Below are positions 27,226-38,896 of a stretch of 64,000 nt of DNA, in pieces. Source of the DNA: Pelagibacteraceae bacterium (GTDB lineage: Bacteria > Pseudomonadota > Alphaproteobacteria > Pelagibacterales > AG-422-B15); assembly GCA_038103905.1 (NCBI GenBank), contig JAYNZW010000008.1, forward strand, positions 9,005 through 73,004, written 5' to 3'. Positions within the stretch are counted from its first letter, which is position 1, and the number at the start of each line of letters is the position of its first letter. The notes under the pieces are model-generated. The model had not been told where the DNA came from. It saw only the letters and a program-made list of their open reading frames with translations, and did not search any database. The translations under genes and the position numbers were made by a program.

Positions 27226-28038
27226 ATGTCAGGTATCGATTTAAAAAATTCTAGGATTCTAATTACCAATGACGATGGGTTTTTTTCTCCTGGAATCCAT
27301 CTCTTAAAATCGATAGTCGAAAAATTCTCCAACGATGTTTGGATTGTTGCACCTGAGTTTGAAAAGAGTGGTGCTTCACACGCCTTATCTTTCATGTCTG
27401 ATTTAAATTTAAAAAAACAGGAAGAAAAAGTGTTTTCAGTTAATGGAACTCCAGGTGATTGCGTTGCTATTGGTCTTGATCAGGTTTTAAAAGACAGGCG
27501 ACCAGATATAATATTATCGGGTGTTAATAGTGGTTGCAATATAGGAGAGGACACTACTTATTCGGGTACAATCGCTGGGGCAATGGAGGGAATAATCAGA
27601 AAAGTTCCATCAATTTCAATAAGCCAGAACTATGAGTCAGGCAAAAAAAATCAAATTAAATGGGATGCGACAAATCATTTTCTGCCAGAAATTCTTGAAA
27701 AGATTTGTAAGACTGGCTGGACCGAAAATACATTTATAAATATTAATTTCCCATATTGTGAACCTAGTGACGTTAAAGGCATTGAAATCACTACGCAGGG
27801 AAACAGAGACTCTGACGATCTTATTATTTATGAAAAAGAAAGAGATGTCTTTAGATTTGGGCTAAGAAGACGTGTGGAAGAACATGGCAATAAGCTAGGT
27901 TTAACCCAAAATAAAAGGGTGTCTGGATTTATGACAGATGTTGAGGCGATAGCAAATCTCTATGTGTCGATTACCCCAATGCATATTGATTTAACGCATG
28001 AAAGCTCACTTATAAGACTTAAAGAGGCTATAAATTAA
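27226..28038 (+). CDS. surE: 5'/3'-nucleotidase SurE
   Basis: Motif ILITNDDG near the N-terminus. I prefer ATG 27226; the ORF is opened by TTG at 27220. Confidence 0.9.
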   Translation: MSGIDLKNSRILITNDDGFFSPGIHLLKSIVEKFSNDVWIVAPEFEKSGASHALSFMSDLNLKKQEEKVFSVNGTPGDCVAIGLDQVLKDRRPDIILSGVNSGCNIGEDTTYSGTIAGAMEGIIRKVPSISISQNYESGKKNQIKWDATNHFLPEILEKICKTGWTENTFININFPYCEPSDVKGIEITTQGNRDSDDLIIYEKERDVFRFGLRRRVEEHGNKLGLTQNKRVSGFMTDVEAIANLYVSITPMHIDLTHESSLIRLKEAIN

Positions 28039-28103
28039 TTATAATTATTTAGTTCAAAAAATTGATCTAAGTATGTATATTGCTTAAAAAAAAGGAGTTA
28101 TTT

Positions 28104-28382
28104 ATGGAACAGCTATTTGTTCAGTTAATGCCATTGTTTTTAATCTTTGCTGTTTTTTATTTTCTTCTTATCAGACCTCAGCAAAGAAGAGTAAAAGAAC
28201 ACAAGGCTATGGTTGCTGCAATTCAAAGAGGCGACAAAATATTAACTTCTGGTGGCATGAAGGGAAAAGTTATTAGAGTAATTAATGACTTTGATATAGA
28301 AGTTGAAATTTCTCAGGGCGTTAATGTCACCATTGTTAAATCTACCGTGTCTGAAGTAGAAACTGCACAGCCAGTAAAATAA
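28104..28382 (+). CDS. yajC: Preprotein translocase subunit YajC
   Basis: AAGGAG lies 7 nt upstream of ATG 28104 (the ORF track opens at TTG 28080). TM followed by RPQQRRVKEHKAMVAAIQRGDKILTSGGMKGKV. Upstream of secDF. Confidence 0.9.
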   Translation: MEQLFVQLMPLFLIFAVFYFLLIRPQQRRVKEHKAMVAAIQRGDKILTSGGMKGKVIRVINDFDIEVEISQGVNVTIVKSTVSEVETAQPVK

Positions 28383-28390
28383 AATTATAA

Positions 28391-29998
28391 ATGCTCTATT
28401 TTTCTAGATCAAAAACAATATTAATCTTTTTGACTATTGGAATAGGCCTTTTATTTGCATCACCAAATTTTTTCAGTAAAGAGTCATTAAAAAATTTTCC
28501 AAACTTTTTTCCAAGTAAACAGGTCAACTTAGGCTTAGATTTACAAGGTGGTTCGCATTTACTATTAGAGGTTGATACAGATGTAATTATAAATGAGCGT
28601 ATTGATAATTTAACGTCTGATTTGAGAAAACTTTATAGGGAGGAAAGCCTAAAGATATCAAATATAAAAATAATTGATAGCTCACTCAAGTTTAAGTCAG
28701 CTTCTACTGCACAATCAATAATCAATAAAATTAAAGACCTTTCTGTTACTGATTCTCAAAATTTGCTACAAGTTGGTTCCTCGTCAAACCTAATAGTGAG
28801 TGTGAATAATGATGACCATATAGAAATTTTATTTACGGATGAATATAAGAAACTTTTGACTATCAATGCTGTAAATCAATCATTAGAAATTGTAAGAAGA
28901 AGAATTGATGAATTAGGAACTCGAGAACCTACAATACAGAGACAGGGAACTTCAAGAATAATCATCCAAGTTCCTGGCTTGGAAGATCCTGATCAAATTA
29001 AATCACTACTGGGACAGACTGCTAAACTCACTTTTCAATTAGTTGACCAATCTGTTGTCTTTGATCCTGAGAAACCAGATAGAGCTCCTGTTGGCTCAGA
29101 AGTTTTACCTTCGGATGATAATCCAGATTATAAATACATCGTAAAAAAGAGAGTAATGGTCGGTGGAGAAAATTTAGTTGATGCACAACCAGGATTTGAT
29201 CCACAAACTAATGAACCAATTGTAACGTTTCGTTTTGATGGAATAGGAGCAAAAAAGTTTGGCAGAGTTACACAGCAAAACGTTGGAAAGCCTTTCGCTA
29301 TAATACTTGATGATAGAGTAGTAAGTGCCCCAGTTATTAGAGACGCAATCTTAGGAGGTTCGGGGCAAATATCGGGCGGATTCACTTCTGATGAAGCAAA
29401 TGAATTAGCAATATTACTTAGAGCTGGAGCACTTCCTGCTCCACTAATCATATTAGAAGAACGTTCTGTTGGTCCAGACTTAGGAGCTGACTCTATAAAT
29501 GCTGGAAAAATTGCAGCTATAATTGGATTTGTCGCAGTTATTTTATTTATGCTCTTCATTTATCGAACCTTTGGTTTCTTTGCTGACGTAGCTCTTATTA
29601 TAAATTTATTATTAGTATTAGGCGTTCTTACGATGTTTCAGGCAACTTTAACGTTACCTGGCATAGCAGGAATCATTCTTACTATTGGTATGGCGGTTGA
29701 TGCCAATGTTCTTATTTTTGAAAGAGTAAAAGAAGAATTAAGAAATGGAAGTTCTATGATAAATTCAATAGATAATGGTTATAAGAGAGCATTATCGACA
29801 ATATTGGATGCTAATATAACAACTTTAATTGCAGCAATAATTTTATTTTTTATGGCTTCTGGACCTGTTCGAGGATTTTCAATAACCCTTGCAATTGGAA
29901 TTTTTACATCAGTATTTACAGCTTTTACAGTCACAAGATATTTTATTTCTCTCAGAGTTAGAAAAATGAGATCAGAAAGTGTTGGATTAAAAATATGA
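28391..29998 (+). CDS. secD: Protein translocase subunit SecD
   Basis: 535-aa ORF with a large periplasmic domain and C-terminal 5-6 TM block (LPGIAGIILTIGMAVDANVLIFERV). ATGA coupling to secF. Confidence 0.95.
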   Translation: MLYFSRSKTILIFLTIGIGLLFASPNFFSKESLKNFPNFFPSKQVNLGLDLQGGSHLLLEVDTDVIINERIDNLTSDLRKLYREESLKISNIKIIDSSLKFKSASTAQSIINKIKDLSVTDSQNLLQVGSSSNLIVSVNNDDHIEILFTDEYKKLLTINAVNQSLEIVRRRIDELGTREPTIQRQGTSRIIIQVPGLEDPDQIKSLLGQTAKLTFQLVDQSVVFDPEKPDRAPVGSEVLPSDDNPDYKYIVKKRVMVGGENLVDAQPGFDPQTNEPIVTFRFDGIGAKKFGRVTQQNVGKPFAIILDDRVVSAPVIRDAILGGSGQISGGFTSDEANELAILLRAGALPAPLIILEERSVGPDLGADSINAGKIAAIIGFVAVILFMLFIYRTFGFFADVALIINLLLVLGVLTMFQATLTLPGIAGIILTIGMAVDANVLIFERVKEELRNGSSMINSIDNGYKRALSTILDANITTLIAAIILFFMASGPVRGFSITLAIGIFTSVFTAFTVTRYFISLRVRKMRSESVGLKI

Positions 29999-30927
29999 AT
30001 TTAGATTTTAGTTCAAAAAATATATCGTTTTTAAAAGTTCATATAATTGGATTTGTACTTTCATCAATATTGATTGTAGGGTCCATAATTTCATTTTTAT
30101 CATTTGGATTGAATTTTGGGATTGATTTTAAGGGTGGAACTCTTATTGAGATTGAGACAAAAGAGGATATTGATATTTCGCAAATAAGAAACGCACTAAA
30201 TAACTTGTCGCTAGGAGATATTCAGATCCAAGAATTTGGATCTAAAAATGATATTTTAATACGGATCGAACAACAATCGGGTGGAGACAAAATTCAACAA
30301 AATGTGGTTGAAATTGTAAAATCCAAATTAGACAACGATTTAGATTCTGCTGTAAATTACCGAAGAACAGAGGTAGTTGGACCTAAAGTTAGCGGCGAAC
30401 TAATACAAGCTGGAACTTTAGCAATCACTTTAGCTGTATTTGCAATGTTGCTGTATATCTGGTTCAGATTTGAATGGCAATTTTCATTAGGTGCCGTATT
30501 AGCATTAATCCATGATGTAATTCTTACTATTGGCATTTTTTGTATTACACAATTAGAATTTAATCTTCCAATCATTGCCGCAATATTGACTATTGTTGGC
30601 TATTCAATGAATGATACTGTTGTAGTTTACGATAGAGTCAGAGAAAATTTAAGAAAACATAGATCACTTATAATTGAAAAGTTATTAGATTTATCAATCA
30701 ATGAAACGTTATCTCGAACAATCATAACATCAATCACTACTTTACTAGCTCTTTTATCTCTTTACATTTTTGGTGGGTCAGTAATTAAAGGCTTTACTTT
30801 TGCAATGATTTGGGGAGTCCTTGTGGGAACATACTCATCAATTTTTGTTGCCGCGCCCTTGCTCAAATATCTAGATGTGAAAAGGGACTGGACAAGCACA
30901 TCAGCAGTTGATTCGACTAGAAAATAG
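29995..30927 (+). CDS. secF: Protein translocase subunit SecF
   Basis: 310-aa ORF with SecF pattern GIDFKGGTLIEI and IVGYSMNDTVVVYDRVREN. Confidence 0.95.
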   Translation: MNLDFSSKNISFLKVHIIGFVLSSILIVGSIISFLSFGLNFGIDFKGGTLIEIETKEDIDISQIRNALNNLSLGDIQIQEFGSKNDILIRIEQQSGGDKIQQNVVEIVKSKLDNDLDSAVNYRRTEVVGPKVSGELIQAGTLAITLAVFAMLLYIWFRFEWQFSLGAVLALIHDVILTIGIFCITQLEFNLPIIAAILTIVGYSMNDTVVVYDRVRENLRKHRSLIIEKLLDLSINETLSRTIITSITTLLALLSLYIFGGSVIKGFTFAMIWGVLVGTYSSIFVAAPLLKYLDVKRDWTSTSAVDSTRK

Positions 30928-31539
30928 CTAGGCTAAATTCTGTGCTGCAACCATTGCTAACAACATTGGTATTGATAGCATTGTATTAGTTCTAGAAAAG
31001 AGCATTGCTGTTCTTGCAGATTTAGCTTTTGTTTCAGCATCAGCCTCAACAATACCAAGAGCTTTTTTCTGATTTGGCCAAATTACCATCCATACATTAT
31101 AAGCCATAATAAGCGCTAGCCACATTCCAATTCCAATTGTAAGTGCTCTTGGATCATTGAAATTTGGTATTGTCAAAAGAAGCGCATTTATAGCTCCAGA
31201 GTGACCATAGTAAAGGGCTAAAGTAATTAATCCAGTAATCACTGTGGCAAGTGCAGCCCATCTAAACCAAAACAACGCAGCAGGAGCAATAACTTTTCCA
31301 ATAGCAGGCTTTTGATCATCGGGAATATTCGGCATATTAGGAATTTGAACAAAATTGAAATACCAAAGAAGACCAATCCACATAACTCCAACAACAACAT
31401 GTAAATATCTAAAAATCGTTTGCCAAAAAATTAGATCAAAAGATAAATCATATGCTCTGAACATTATGATGAGCAATATCAACAGTAGTACTGTTCCAGC
31501 GATGATTGTTTTATTGAGTGATTGCAGAATACTTGCCAT
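30928..31539 (-). CDS. Conserved integral membrane protein, unknown function (possible resemblance to the PuuD/urate-hydroxylase N-terminal membrane domain)
   Basis: 203-aa ORF with about 5 TM helices. Motif YLHVVVGVMWIGLLWYFNFVQ. The family assignment is from memory only. Confidence 0.4.
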   Translation of the reverse strand: MASILQSLNKTIIAGTVLLLILLIIMFRAYDLSFDLIFWQTIFRYLHVVVGVMWIGLLWYFNFVQIPNMPNIPDDQKPAIGKVIAPAALFWFRWAALATVITGLITLALYYGHSGAINALLLTIPNFNDPRALTIGIGMWLALIMAYNVWMVIWPNQKKALGIVEADAETKAKSARTAMLFSRTNTMLSIPMLLAMVAAQNLA

Positions 31540-31595
31540 TTTTTTTCCTCTAAATTTATTTACGAATCTATTTGTATCAAAAAAAATTACAAAAA

Positions 31596-34418
31596 TTAAA
31601 CTAAATTTTTTAAATATTGGCCTGTATAGCTTTTTTTATTCTTTTTAAGTGTTTCAGGTGTTCCACAGCCTATTATTTCACCTCCGCCATCTCCTCCTTC
31701 TGGGCCTAAATCAATTAACCAGTCGGCAGTTTTAATGACATCAAGATTATGCTCAATAACAACAATCGTATTTCCCTGTTCAACTAATATTTGTAAAACC
31801 TCTAAAAGTTTTTTTATATCATGGATATGTAATCCAGTTGTAGGTTCATCTAGAATATACAAAGTCTGGCCAGTTGCTCTTTTTGAAAGTTCTTTTGATA
31901 GTTTAATTCTTTGGGCTTCTCCACCTGATAAGGTTGTAGCTTGTTGTCCAATTTTGATATATCCAAGTCCGACGCTGTGTAACGTGCTAAGCTTATTTTT
32001 AATTAATGGTATAGGATCAAAAAATTTCAAACCTTCATCAACAGTCATATTTAAAATATCAGAAATATTTTTATCTTTGTATTTAATTTCAAGGGTCTCA
32101 CGGTTATACCTTTTACCCTCGCATTCGTCACAAGTTACATAAACATCAGGTAAAAAATGCATTTCAATTTTAATGACACCATCTCCTTCACAAGCTTCAC
32201 ATCTACCACCTCTTACATTAAACGAAAATCTGCCAGCTTTATATCCTCTTGCTTTTGACTCTGGCAGGCCTGCAAACCAATCTCTAATAAATGTAAAAGC
32301 TCCTGTATATGTTGCGGGATTTGACCTTGGTGTTCTACCAATAGGTGATTGATCAATATCTATTATCTTGTCTATGTTATTAATTCCTTCAACTGACTTA
32401 AAGGAAGATGGATTAGTATTTGAGCCATTCAACTCTTTCGCGATTGCTTTATAGAGTGTATTGATTGTCAATGTTGATTTTCCACTTCCAGAAACGCCAG
32501 TTATACATGTGAGAGTTCCTAGGGGTATTTCACAGTCAACATTTTTAAGATTATTTCCTGATGCGCCTTTAATATAAATTTTCTTGTCATCTTTTGCTTT
32601 TCGTCTTTTTATTGGTACTTCGATCATCATTTTTCTTGATAAATATTGACCAGTTAAACTTTTTTTATTCTTCATGATTTCTTTTGCTGTTCCACTTGCA
32701 GTTACATGACCTCCATTGACTCCAGCTTCTGGCCCTAGATCAATTATATGATCAGCATTAATCATCGCCTCTTCATCGTGTTCAACAACAATTACAGTAT
32801 TTCCAAGGTTCCGAAGCCTCTTAAGGGTTTCAAGTAGCCTAGCATTATCTCTTTGATGTAATCCAATCGAAGGTTCATCGAGTACATATAATACACCTGT
32901 AAGACCAGAACCAATTTGAGAAGCCAATCTTATTCTTTGAGACTCTCCACCTGAAAGAGTCCCAGAGTTTCTAGATAAAGTAAGATACTCTAGACCTACA
33001 TTGTTTAAAAAATTTATTCGCTCATTTAATTCTTTCAATATCCTATATGAAATTTCAATTTCTTTTTTTGAGAGATTTTTCTCAAGCTTTTGAAACCAAA
33101 CGAGAGATTCCTTGATAGACTTCTGACACAACTGACCAATATGTAGGCCATTGATTTTTACAGCTAGGGCCTCTTTTTTGAGTCTAAATCCATCACATTC
33201 ATGACAACTGCTTTCAGTTTGATATTTTTCAATATTTGATCTCATCCAATCACTTTCAGTCTCTAAATACCTTCTTTCTAGATTGTTAACAACACCTTCA
33301 AACTCCCTATAATAAGTATATCCGTCGTCGTACTTAAATTTAACTTCATCTTCAGAACCGTAGAGAATGATGTCTTGAATTTTTTTAGAAAGTTTTTTCC
33401 ATGGGGTATCAAGAGAAAATTTGAAATGTTTAGATATGCTCTCACACACTTGTCTATAATAGCTAGAAGTTGCAATTGGCCATGGAGCAATAGCTCCTTC
33501 ATTTATTGAGAGATTTCTATTTGGTACAACGAGTTTTGTATCAATTGATAAATCAGTACCTATACCGTCGCACTCAGGACAAGCACCATAAGGATTGTTG
33601 AATGAAAATAAACGTGGCTCAATTTCTTCTATTGTAAAACCTGAAACTGGACAGGCAAATTTAGAAGAAAATATTTCTTCCTTTGGATCTTTACTATTTT
33701 GTTCATAATCCTCGATTATTACGATTCCATCCGCAATATTTAATGCAGTTTCAATACTATCGGCCAACCTATTTCCAAGATCACTTGAAAGTGAAATTCT
33801 ATCTACAACAACAGATATGTCGTGCTTCTTCTTTTTATCTAAAATTGGAAGGGCATCAAACTCAAATTGATCACCGTCAATTTTTACTCTTTGAAATCCT
33901 TTTTTTTGGAGTTCAGATAATTCTTTTTTGTATTCACCTTTCCTTCCCCTTACAATTGGCGCTAATATTAATAACTTCGATCCATCAGGTCTTGATCTGA
34001 TTCTGTCCACCATTTGAGAAACAGTTTGACTTTTTATTGGTAGTCCAGTTGATGGCGAATAAGGTATTCCAATTCTTGCATACAATAAACGAAGATAGTC
34101 GTATATTTCAGTAACAGTTCCAACAGTTGATCTTGGGTTTTTTGATGTAGTTTTTTGTTCAATTGAAATTGCTGGACTCAAACCTTCAATTAAATCAACA
34201 TCAGGTTTTTGCATCATCTGAAGAAATTGTCTGGCGTAAGCAGACAGACTTTCAACATATCTTCTTTGTCCTTCAGCATAAATTGTATCAAAGGCTAGAG
34301 ATGATTTTCCTGAACCAGACAGCCCTGTAATAATTGTAAGCTTGTCCCTTGGTATCTTAACATTTATATTCTTTAAATTGTGCTCACGCGCACCCTGAAT
34401 GGAAATATTTTTATTCAT
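31596..34418 (-). CDS. uvrA: Excinuclease ABC subunit A
   Basis: 940-aa ORF. Two Walker A sites ([20 protein letters not shown]) and zinc modules ([16 protein letters not shown]). Confidence 0.97.
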   Translation of the reverse strand: MNKNISIQGAREHNLKNINVKIPRDKLTIITGLSGSGKSSLAFDTIYAEGQRRYVESLSAYARQFLQMMQKPDVDLIEGLSPAISIEQKTTSKNPRSTVGTVTEIYDYLRLLYARIGIPYSPSTGLPIKSQTVSQMVDRIRSRPDGSKLLILAPIVRGRKGEYKKELSELQKKGFQRVKIDGDQFEFDALPILDKKKKHDISVVVDRISLSSDLGNRLADSIETALNIADGIVIIEDYEQNSKDPKEEIFSSKFACPVSGFTIEEIEPRLFSFNNPYGACPECDGIGTDLSIDTKLVVPNRNLSINEGAIAPWPIATSSYYRQVCESISKHFKFSLDTPWKKLSKKIQDIILYGSEDEVKFKYDDGYTYYREFEGVVNNLERRYLETESDWMRSNIEKYQTESSCHECDGFRLKKEALAVKINGLHIGQLCQKSIKESLVWFQKLEKNLSKKEIEISYRILKELNERINFLNNVGLEYLTLSRNSGTLSGGESQRIRLASQIGSGLTGVLYVLDEPSIGLHQRDNARLLETLKRLRNLGNTVIVVEHDEEAMINADHIIDLGPEAGVNGGHVTASGTAKEIMKNKKSLTGQYLSRKMMIEVPIKRRKAKDDKKIYIKGASGNNLKNVDCEIPLGTLTCITGVSGSGKSTLTINTLYKAIAKELNGSNTNPSSFKSVEGINNIDKIIDIDQSPIGRTPRSNPATYTGAFTFIRDWFAGLPESKARGYKAGRFSFNVRGGRCEACEGDGVIKIEMHFLPDVYVTCDECEGKRYNRETLEIKYKDKNISDILNMTVDEGLKFFDPIPLIKNKLSTLHSVGLGYIKIGQQATTLSGGEAQRIKLSKELSKRATGQTLYILDEPTTGLHIHDIKKLLEVLQILVEQGNTIVVIEHNLDVIKTADWLIDLGPEGGDGGGEIIGCGTPETLKKNKKSYTGQYLKNLV

Positions 34419-34528
34419 CTCAATAGTATAATTAGTTTGATTTATTAAGAGTTAAAGATAGTTGTGAATAAAATAAATATCTTTGTTTTTTTGTATACAC
34501 CAAGATATTAAATAGTTAATTTATACAC

Positions 34529-34996
34529 ATGGCATCAAGTTTAAATAAAGTAATGCTGATTGGCAATTTAGGAGCCGATCCAATTATCAGGCAAACTCAA
34601 GACGGAAAAAAATTAGCTCAATTAAGCCTGGCTACCTCTGAGTCATGGAAAGATAAAAATACAGGAGAGAGACGAGATAAGACCCAGTGGCATAGAATTG
34701 TCATATTTAACGATGGTTTAGCCGGTGTTGTTGAGAATTATCTTAAAAAAGGATCTAAAATCTACATTGAGGGACAATTACAAACTAGAAAATTTACCGA
34801 TAATAATGGAGTTGAAAAATATACAACTGAGGTTGTTTTGGCAAATTATAACGGTACTTTAACTATGCTTGACAGCAGAGGTGGGTCGAATGATTTTACC
34901 AACGATACATCCTCTCAGATTGACCAGGATATGGGACAAGATAATAATTTTTCTTCATCTGATGATCTTGATATTGATGATGAAATACCCTTTTAA
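34529..34996 (+). CDS. ssb: Single-stranded DNA-binding protein
   Basis: 155-aa ORF. OB-fold N-terminus NKVMLIGNLGADP...TQWHRIVIF and acidic tip DIDDEIPF. Confidence 0.95.
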   Translation: MASSLNKVMLIGNLGADPIIRQTQDGKKLAQLSLATSESWKDKNTGERRDKTQWHRIVIFNDGLAGVVENYLKKGSKIYIEGQLQTRKFTDNNGVEKYTTEVVLANYNGTLTMLDSRGGSNDFTNDTSSQIDQDMGQDNNFSSSDDLDIDDEIPF

Positions 34997-35107
34997 AATG
35001 GCTTAATTTTCATTTTTCTGCTATAATTCATTAAATTATTAACTATTGAAAGTGCTGCATATTTGGCTGTTTTTAGCTAATTATTAACCATTATTTAGAG
35101 CTTAGAA

Positions 35108-37804
35108 TTGACTGATTCAAACGATCAAAATACTAAAAGTGTAACTGAAGAATATACATCAATCTCACCTATTCCGATTGATGATGAAATGCAGAAATCT
35201 TATCTAGATTACGCTATGAGCGTAATTGTGAGTAGAGCTTTGCCTGATGTAAGAGATGGACTAAAGCCCGTTCATAGAAGAATTCTTTATGCAATGCATG
35301 AAGCGGGATATGAGTGGAATAAGCAGCACAGAAAAAGTGCCAGGGTTGTCGGTGACGTAATAGGTAAATATCATCCGCATGGCGATCAAGCTGTTTATGA
35401 TGCACTCGTTAGATTAGCACAAGATTTTTCAATGAGAGTCCCTTTGCTTGATGGCCAAGGTAATTTTGGGTCTATGGATGGTGATCGTGCTGCCGCAATG
35501 AGATATACTGAGGTTCGCATGGCAAAAATATCTAAATTTTTGCTTGAGGATATTGAAAAAAATACAGTTGAGTACAGACCTAATTATGACGAAAGCGAAA
35601 GTGAGCCAATAGTACTTCCTGCAAAATATCCAAACTTACTTGTAAATGGCGCTGGTGGAATTGCTGTTGGGATGGCAACAAATATATTGCCACATAATCT
35701 TGGCGAAGTAATTGATGCATGTATTGCTTTTATTGATGATCAAGAAATTTCATTTGATCAAATTAATGAAATCATAAAAGGTCCAGATTTTCCTACTGGA
35801 GGAAAAATTGTTGGCACAAAGGGAATAAAAGACTCTCAGATGAGTGGAAGAGGCTCAATTATAGTTCAGGCAAAATCAGAATTTGAAGAATTTAAAAATG
35901 ACCGTGAAGCAATTATTTTTTCTGAGTTGCCATATCAGGTTAATAAATCAACACTTATTGAAAAAATTGCAGAACTAGTGAGAGATAAAAAAATTGAAGG
36001 TATCAGTGATCTAAGAGATGAATCAGATCGACAGGGTGTAAGGGTAGTCGTTGAATTAAAGAAAGGTGTCATTGCACAAGTAATTTTAAATAAATTATAT
36101 AAGTTTACGCCACTACAAAGCTCTTATGGAGTAAATGCTCTAGCTCTTAACGATCAAAAACCTGAACTGATGAATATTAAGGATTTCTTAAGACATTTTA
36201 TAAATCACCGAGAAGAAATTATCTCTCTAAGAACTAGATTTGATTTAAATAAAGCAAGAGACCGTGCTCATGTTTTAACTGGCTTAGCAATTGCTATATC
36301 AAATGTAGATAAAGTAATAGAAATTATAAAAAATTCTAAAGATCCTAGTTCTGCTAAAATGGAACTCCTAAAAACAAAATGGAAAAGCGCAGATGTAAAA
36401 GATATACTTGAGTTAATAGATGATCCCAGACAAATTAAAAATGATAAAGATATATATCTTACTGAAGATCAAGCTAAATCTATTTTAGAGTTAAGGCTAC
36501 AAAGATTAACAGCTCTTGGAAAAGGCGAGTTACAAGAAGAATTAAAGTCGTTATCAAGCAATATAAATGAATATCTCTCAATCTTGAGAGATAAGAACAA
36601 ATTACAATCTGTAATAAAAGACGAGCTTAATTTTGTTAAAGGGGAATTTTCATCTCCTAGAAAAACTGAAATTACTGAACATGAGGCCTCAGATATAGAT
36701 CAGGAAGATTTAGTTCAAAGGAGTGACATGGTTATTAGTATTACTAATTCTGGTTATGTGAAAAGAGTTCCGCTTGAAATGTATCGAGCACAAAAGAGAG
36801 GCGGCAAAGGAAGAGCGGGAATGAAAACTAATGATGAAGACTTTGTCACTCAAGTGTTTACTGCTAGCACACATGACAATATGCTATTTTTTTCTTCAAG
36901 TGGTTTGGTTTATAAGCTTAAAACTTGGAAAATTCCGGAGTCATCGCCCACAGCTAAAGGCAAGGCAATAATAAACTTACTAAATCTTAAACAAGACGAT
37001 CAGTTATCTAGTATATTAGTGATGCCAGAAAATAAAGCATCTGAGGATAGTTATTTAATCTTTGCTACAGCTGATGGAAGCATAAGAAAAAATAGTATAG
37101 ATGATTTTAAAAATATCCAAGCAAATGGAAAAATTGCCATGAAGCTATCTGATTCAAATAAGATTGTTGGAGTAAGAATATGCACAGATAATGATGATGT
37201 TTTACTTTCTACTAAAGATGGAAAATGCATTAGAACTCCAGTTTCTAAATTAAGAACTACGAAAAGTCGAAACTCCGTTGGAGTAAGAGGAATAAAGTTA
37301 TCAAAAAATGACTCAATAATTTCACTTTCAATATTGTCTCATTTGGAAGTTAGTACAGCTGAAGCCAAAGCATATCTCAAAATGAGTAAAATAAATAAAG
37401 AAAATAATGAAGATATTGAAGATGAAAATAATAGTGAAGAAACTGAAGACATTACAATTTCTGATGACCGTTTTCAGGAGTTAAAAGCTTGTGAACAATT
37501 TATTCTTACGGTGACAGAAAATGGCTTTGGAAAAAGAACATCATCTTATCAATTTAGAGTAACTAATAGAGGTGGCTCCGGAATAATGTGTATTACCACT
37601 TCGTCAAGAAATGGAAATGTTTTAGCATCTTTTCCAGTAGGCCATGATGACGATATAATGCTAATTACAAAATCTGGACAATTAATTAGATGCCCTGTCA
37701 TGGATATACGCGTTGCTGGTAGAAATACCCAAGGAGTAAGCATATTCAAAACATCTGACAGTGAAAAAGTTGTTTCAGCATCAAGAGTTGAAATAGAAAA
37801 TTAA
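35108..37804 (+). CDS. gyrA: DNA gyrase subunit A
   Basis: 898-aa ORF. TTG is the only possible in-frame start upstream of the conserved [17 protein letters not shown]. Has [11 protein letters not shown] and active-site AAMRYTE. Acidic insert in the C-terminal domain. Confidence 0.95.
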   Translation: MTDSNDQNTKSVTEEYTSISPIPIDDEMQKSYLDYAMSVIVSRALPDVRDGLKPVHRRILYAMHEAGYEWNKQHRKSARVVGDVIGKYHPHGDQAVYDALVRLAQDFSMRVPLLDGQGNFGSMDGDRAAAMRYTEVRMAKISKFLLEDIEKNTVEYRPNYDESESEPIVLPAKYPNLLVNGAGGIAVGMATNILPHNLGEVIDACIAFIDDQEISFDQINEIIKGPDFPTGGKIVGTKGIKDSQMSGRGSIIVQAKSEFEEFKNDREAIIFSELPYQVNKSTLIEKIAELVRDKKIEGISDLRDESDRQGVRVVVELKKGVIAQVILNKLYKFTPLQSSYGVNALALNDQKPELMNIKDFLRHFINHREEIISLRTRFDLNKARDRAHVLTGLAIAISNVDKVIEIIKNSKDPSSAKMELLKTKWKSADVKDILELIDDPRQIKNDKDIYLTEDQAKSILELRLQRLTALGKGELQEELKSLSSNINEYLSILRDKNKLQSVIKDELNFVKGEFSSPRKTEITEHEASDIDQEDLVQRSDMVISITNSGYVKRVPLEMYRAQKRGGKGRAGMKTNDEDFVTQVFTASTHDNMLFFSSSGLVYKLKTWKIPESSPTAKGKAIINLLNLKQDDQLSSILVMPENKASEDSYLIFATADGSIRKNSIDDFKNIQANGKIAMKLSDSNKIVGVRICTDNDDVLLSTKDGKCIRTPVSKLRTTKSRNSVGVRGIKLSKNDSIISLSILSHLEVSTAEAKAYLKMSKINKENNEDIEDENNSEETEDITISDDRFQELKACEQFILTVTENGFGKRTSSYQFRVTNRGGSGIMCITTSSRNGNVLASFPVGHDDDIMLITKSGQLIRCPVMDIRVAGRNTQGVSIFKTSDSEKVVSASRVEIEN

Positions 37805-37842
37805 TTGGTAGAGGATTGATTATATTCAATATATAATTCTAT

Positions 37843-38325
37843 ATGGAAAAAATTGGCGTATATCCTGGAAGCTTTGATCCAATTCATAAAGGGCATATTG
37901 ATGTTGTGAATAGAGCTCTACGATTTGTTGATAAACTATATATTGCTGTAGCAGATAGTCCTCATAAAAATCCCTTGTTCACTCTCAACGAACGTAAAGA
38001 TATGATTGATAATGAATTTTCCAAAAGTAGTTCTATAGAAGTGGTAGCTTTTGATAATCTTCTGGTTGAATTTGCTAAATCACTAAATGCAAAAGTTATT
38101 GTTAGAGGCCTTAGAGTTGTTTCAGATTTTGAATATGAATTTCAAATGGTAGGTATGAATCGTCAATTAAATTCTGAAATTGAAACAGTTTTTTTAATGG
38201 CAGATGCTCAAAGACAGTCAATATCATCAAACTTTATAAGAGATATAGCAAGATTAGACGGAGATATATCAAATTTTACAACAGACTATGTTTCCAGCAA
38301 ATTAAAAGAAAAATTTAATAATTAA
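37843..38325 (+). CDS. coaD: Phosphopantetheine adenylyltransferase
   Basis: 160-aa ORF with motif GSFDPIHKGH. Confidence 0.9.
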   Translation: MEKIGVYPGSFDPIHKGHIDVVNRALRFVDKLYIAVADSPHKNPLFTLNERKDMIDNEFSKSSSIEVVAFDNLLVEFAKSLNAKVIVRGLRVVSDFEYEFQMVGMNRQLNSEIETVFLMADAQRQSISSNFIRDIARLDGDISNFTTDYVSSKLKEKFNN

Positions 38326-38330
38326 CTTTG

Positions 38331-38891
38331 ATGAGAAAATTTTTACTATATATATTCTCACTAATTATTTTTTTTAACAATTTAGCAAACGCTGAAGAAA
38401 GTTTATATATGGCAAATGATCCAGAAAATTCAATTCAAATAGAGCTCAAAGATGGAAATGTAATAATTGAGTTATTACATGAAGTAGCTCCAAATCATGT
38501 TAATCAAATCAAAGAGCTAGCAAGAGAGGGTTTTTATGATGGCGTACCTTTTCATAGAGTTATTCCAGGTTTCATGGCACAGACAGGAGATGGGCAATTT
38601 GGAAATGGAACAGGTGGATCAAGTAAACCTGACTTAATACAAGAGTTTAATGATACACCACATTTAAGAGGAACTGTATCTATGGCAAGAACACAAGATC
38701 CAAACTCTGCTAATAGTCAATTCTTTATTTGCTTTGGCTCTACTCCACATTTAGATGGTCAGTATACAGTTTTTGGTCAAGTTGTGTCAGGGATGGAGCA
38801 TGTTGATAACATTAAAGTTGGCTCTGGATCAAATGGTGAAGTTACAGATCCTGATTTAATGATATCAGTGAAAGTTTTGTCTGATATTTAA
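38331..38891 (+). CDS. Cyclophilin-type peptidyl-prolyl cis-trans isomerase, exported
   Basis: Signal peptide LLYIFSLIIFFNNLANA|EE. Motifs FHRVIPGFMAQTGD and SMARTQDPNSANSQFFI. ATG at 38331 (TTG at 38328 opens the ORF). Confidence 0.9.
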   Translation: MRKFLLYIFSLIIFFNNLANAEESLYMANDPENSIQIELKDGNVIIELLHEVAPNHVNQIKELAREGFYDGVPFHRVIPGFMAQTGDGQFGNGTGGSSKPDLIQEFNDTPHLRGTVSMARTQDPNSANSQFFICFGSTPHLDGQYTVFGQVVSGMEHVDNIKVGSGSNGEVTDPDLMISVKVLSDI

Positions 38892-38896
38892 TTTAT

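Noticed and set aside
29128-29559. 143-aa minus-strand ORF inside secD. Similar antisense ORFs occur at 31735-32142 in uvrA, 9099-9473 in the SBP gene, 10121-10756 in the ATPase gene and 49529-50307 in glnA.
   Set aside because: All lie opposite strongly supported conserved genes and have biased composition and no family signatures. I treat them as six-frame artefacts.
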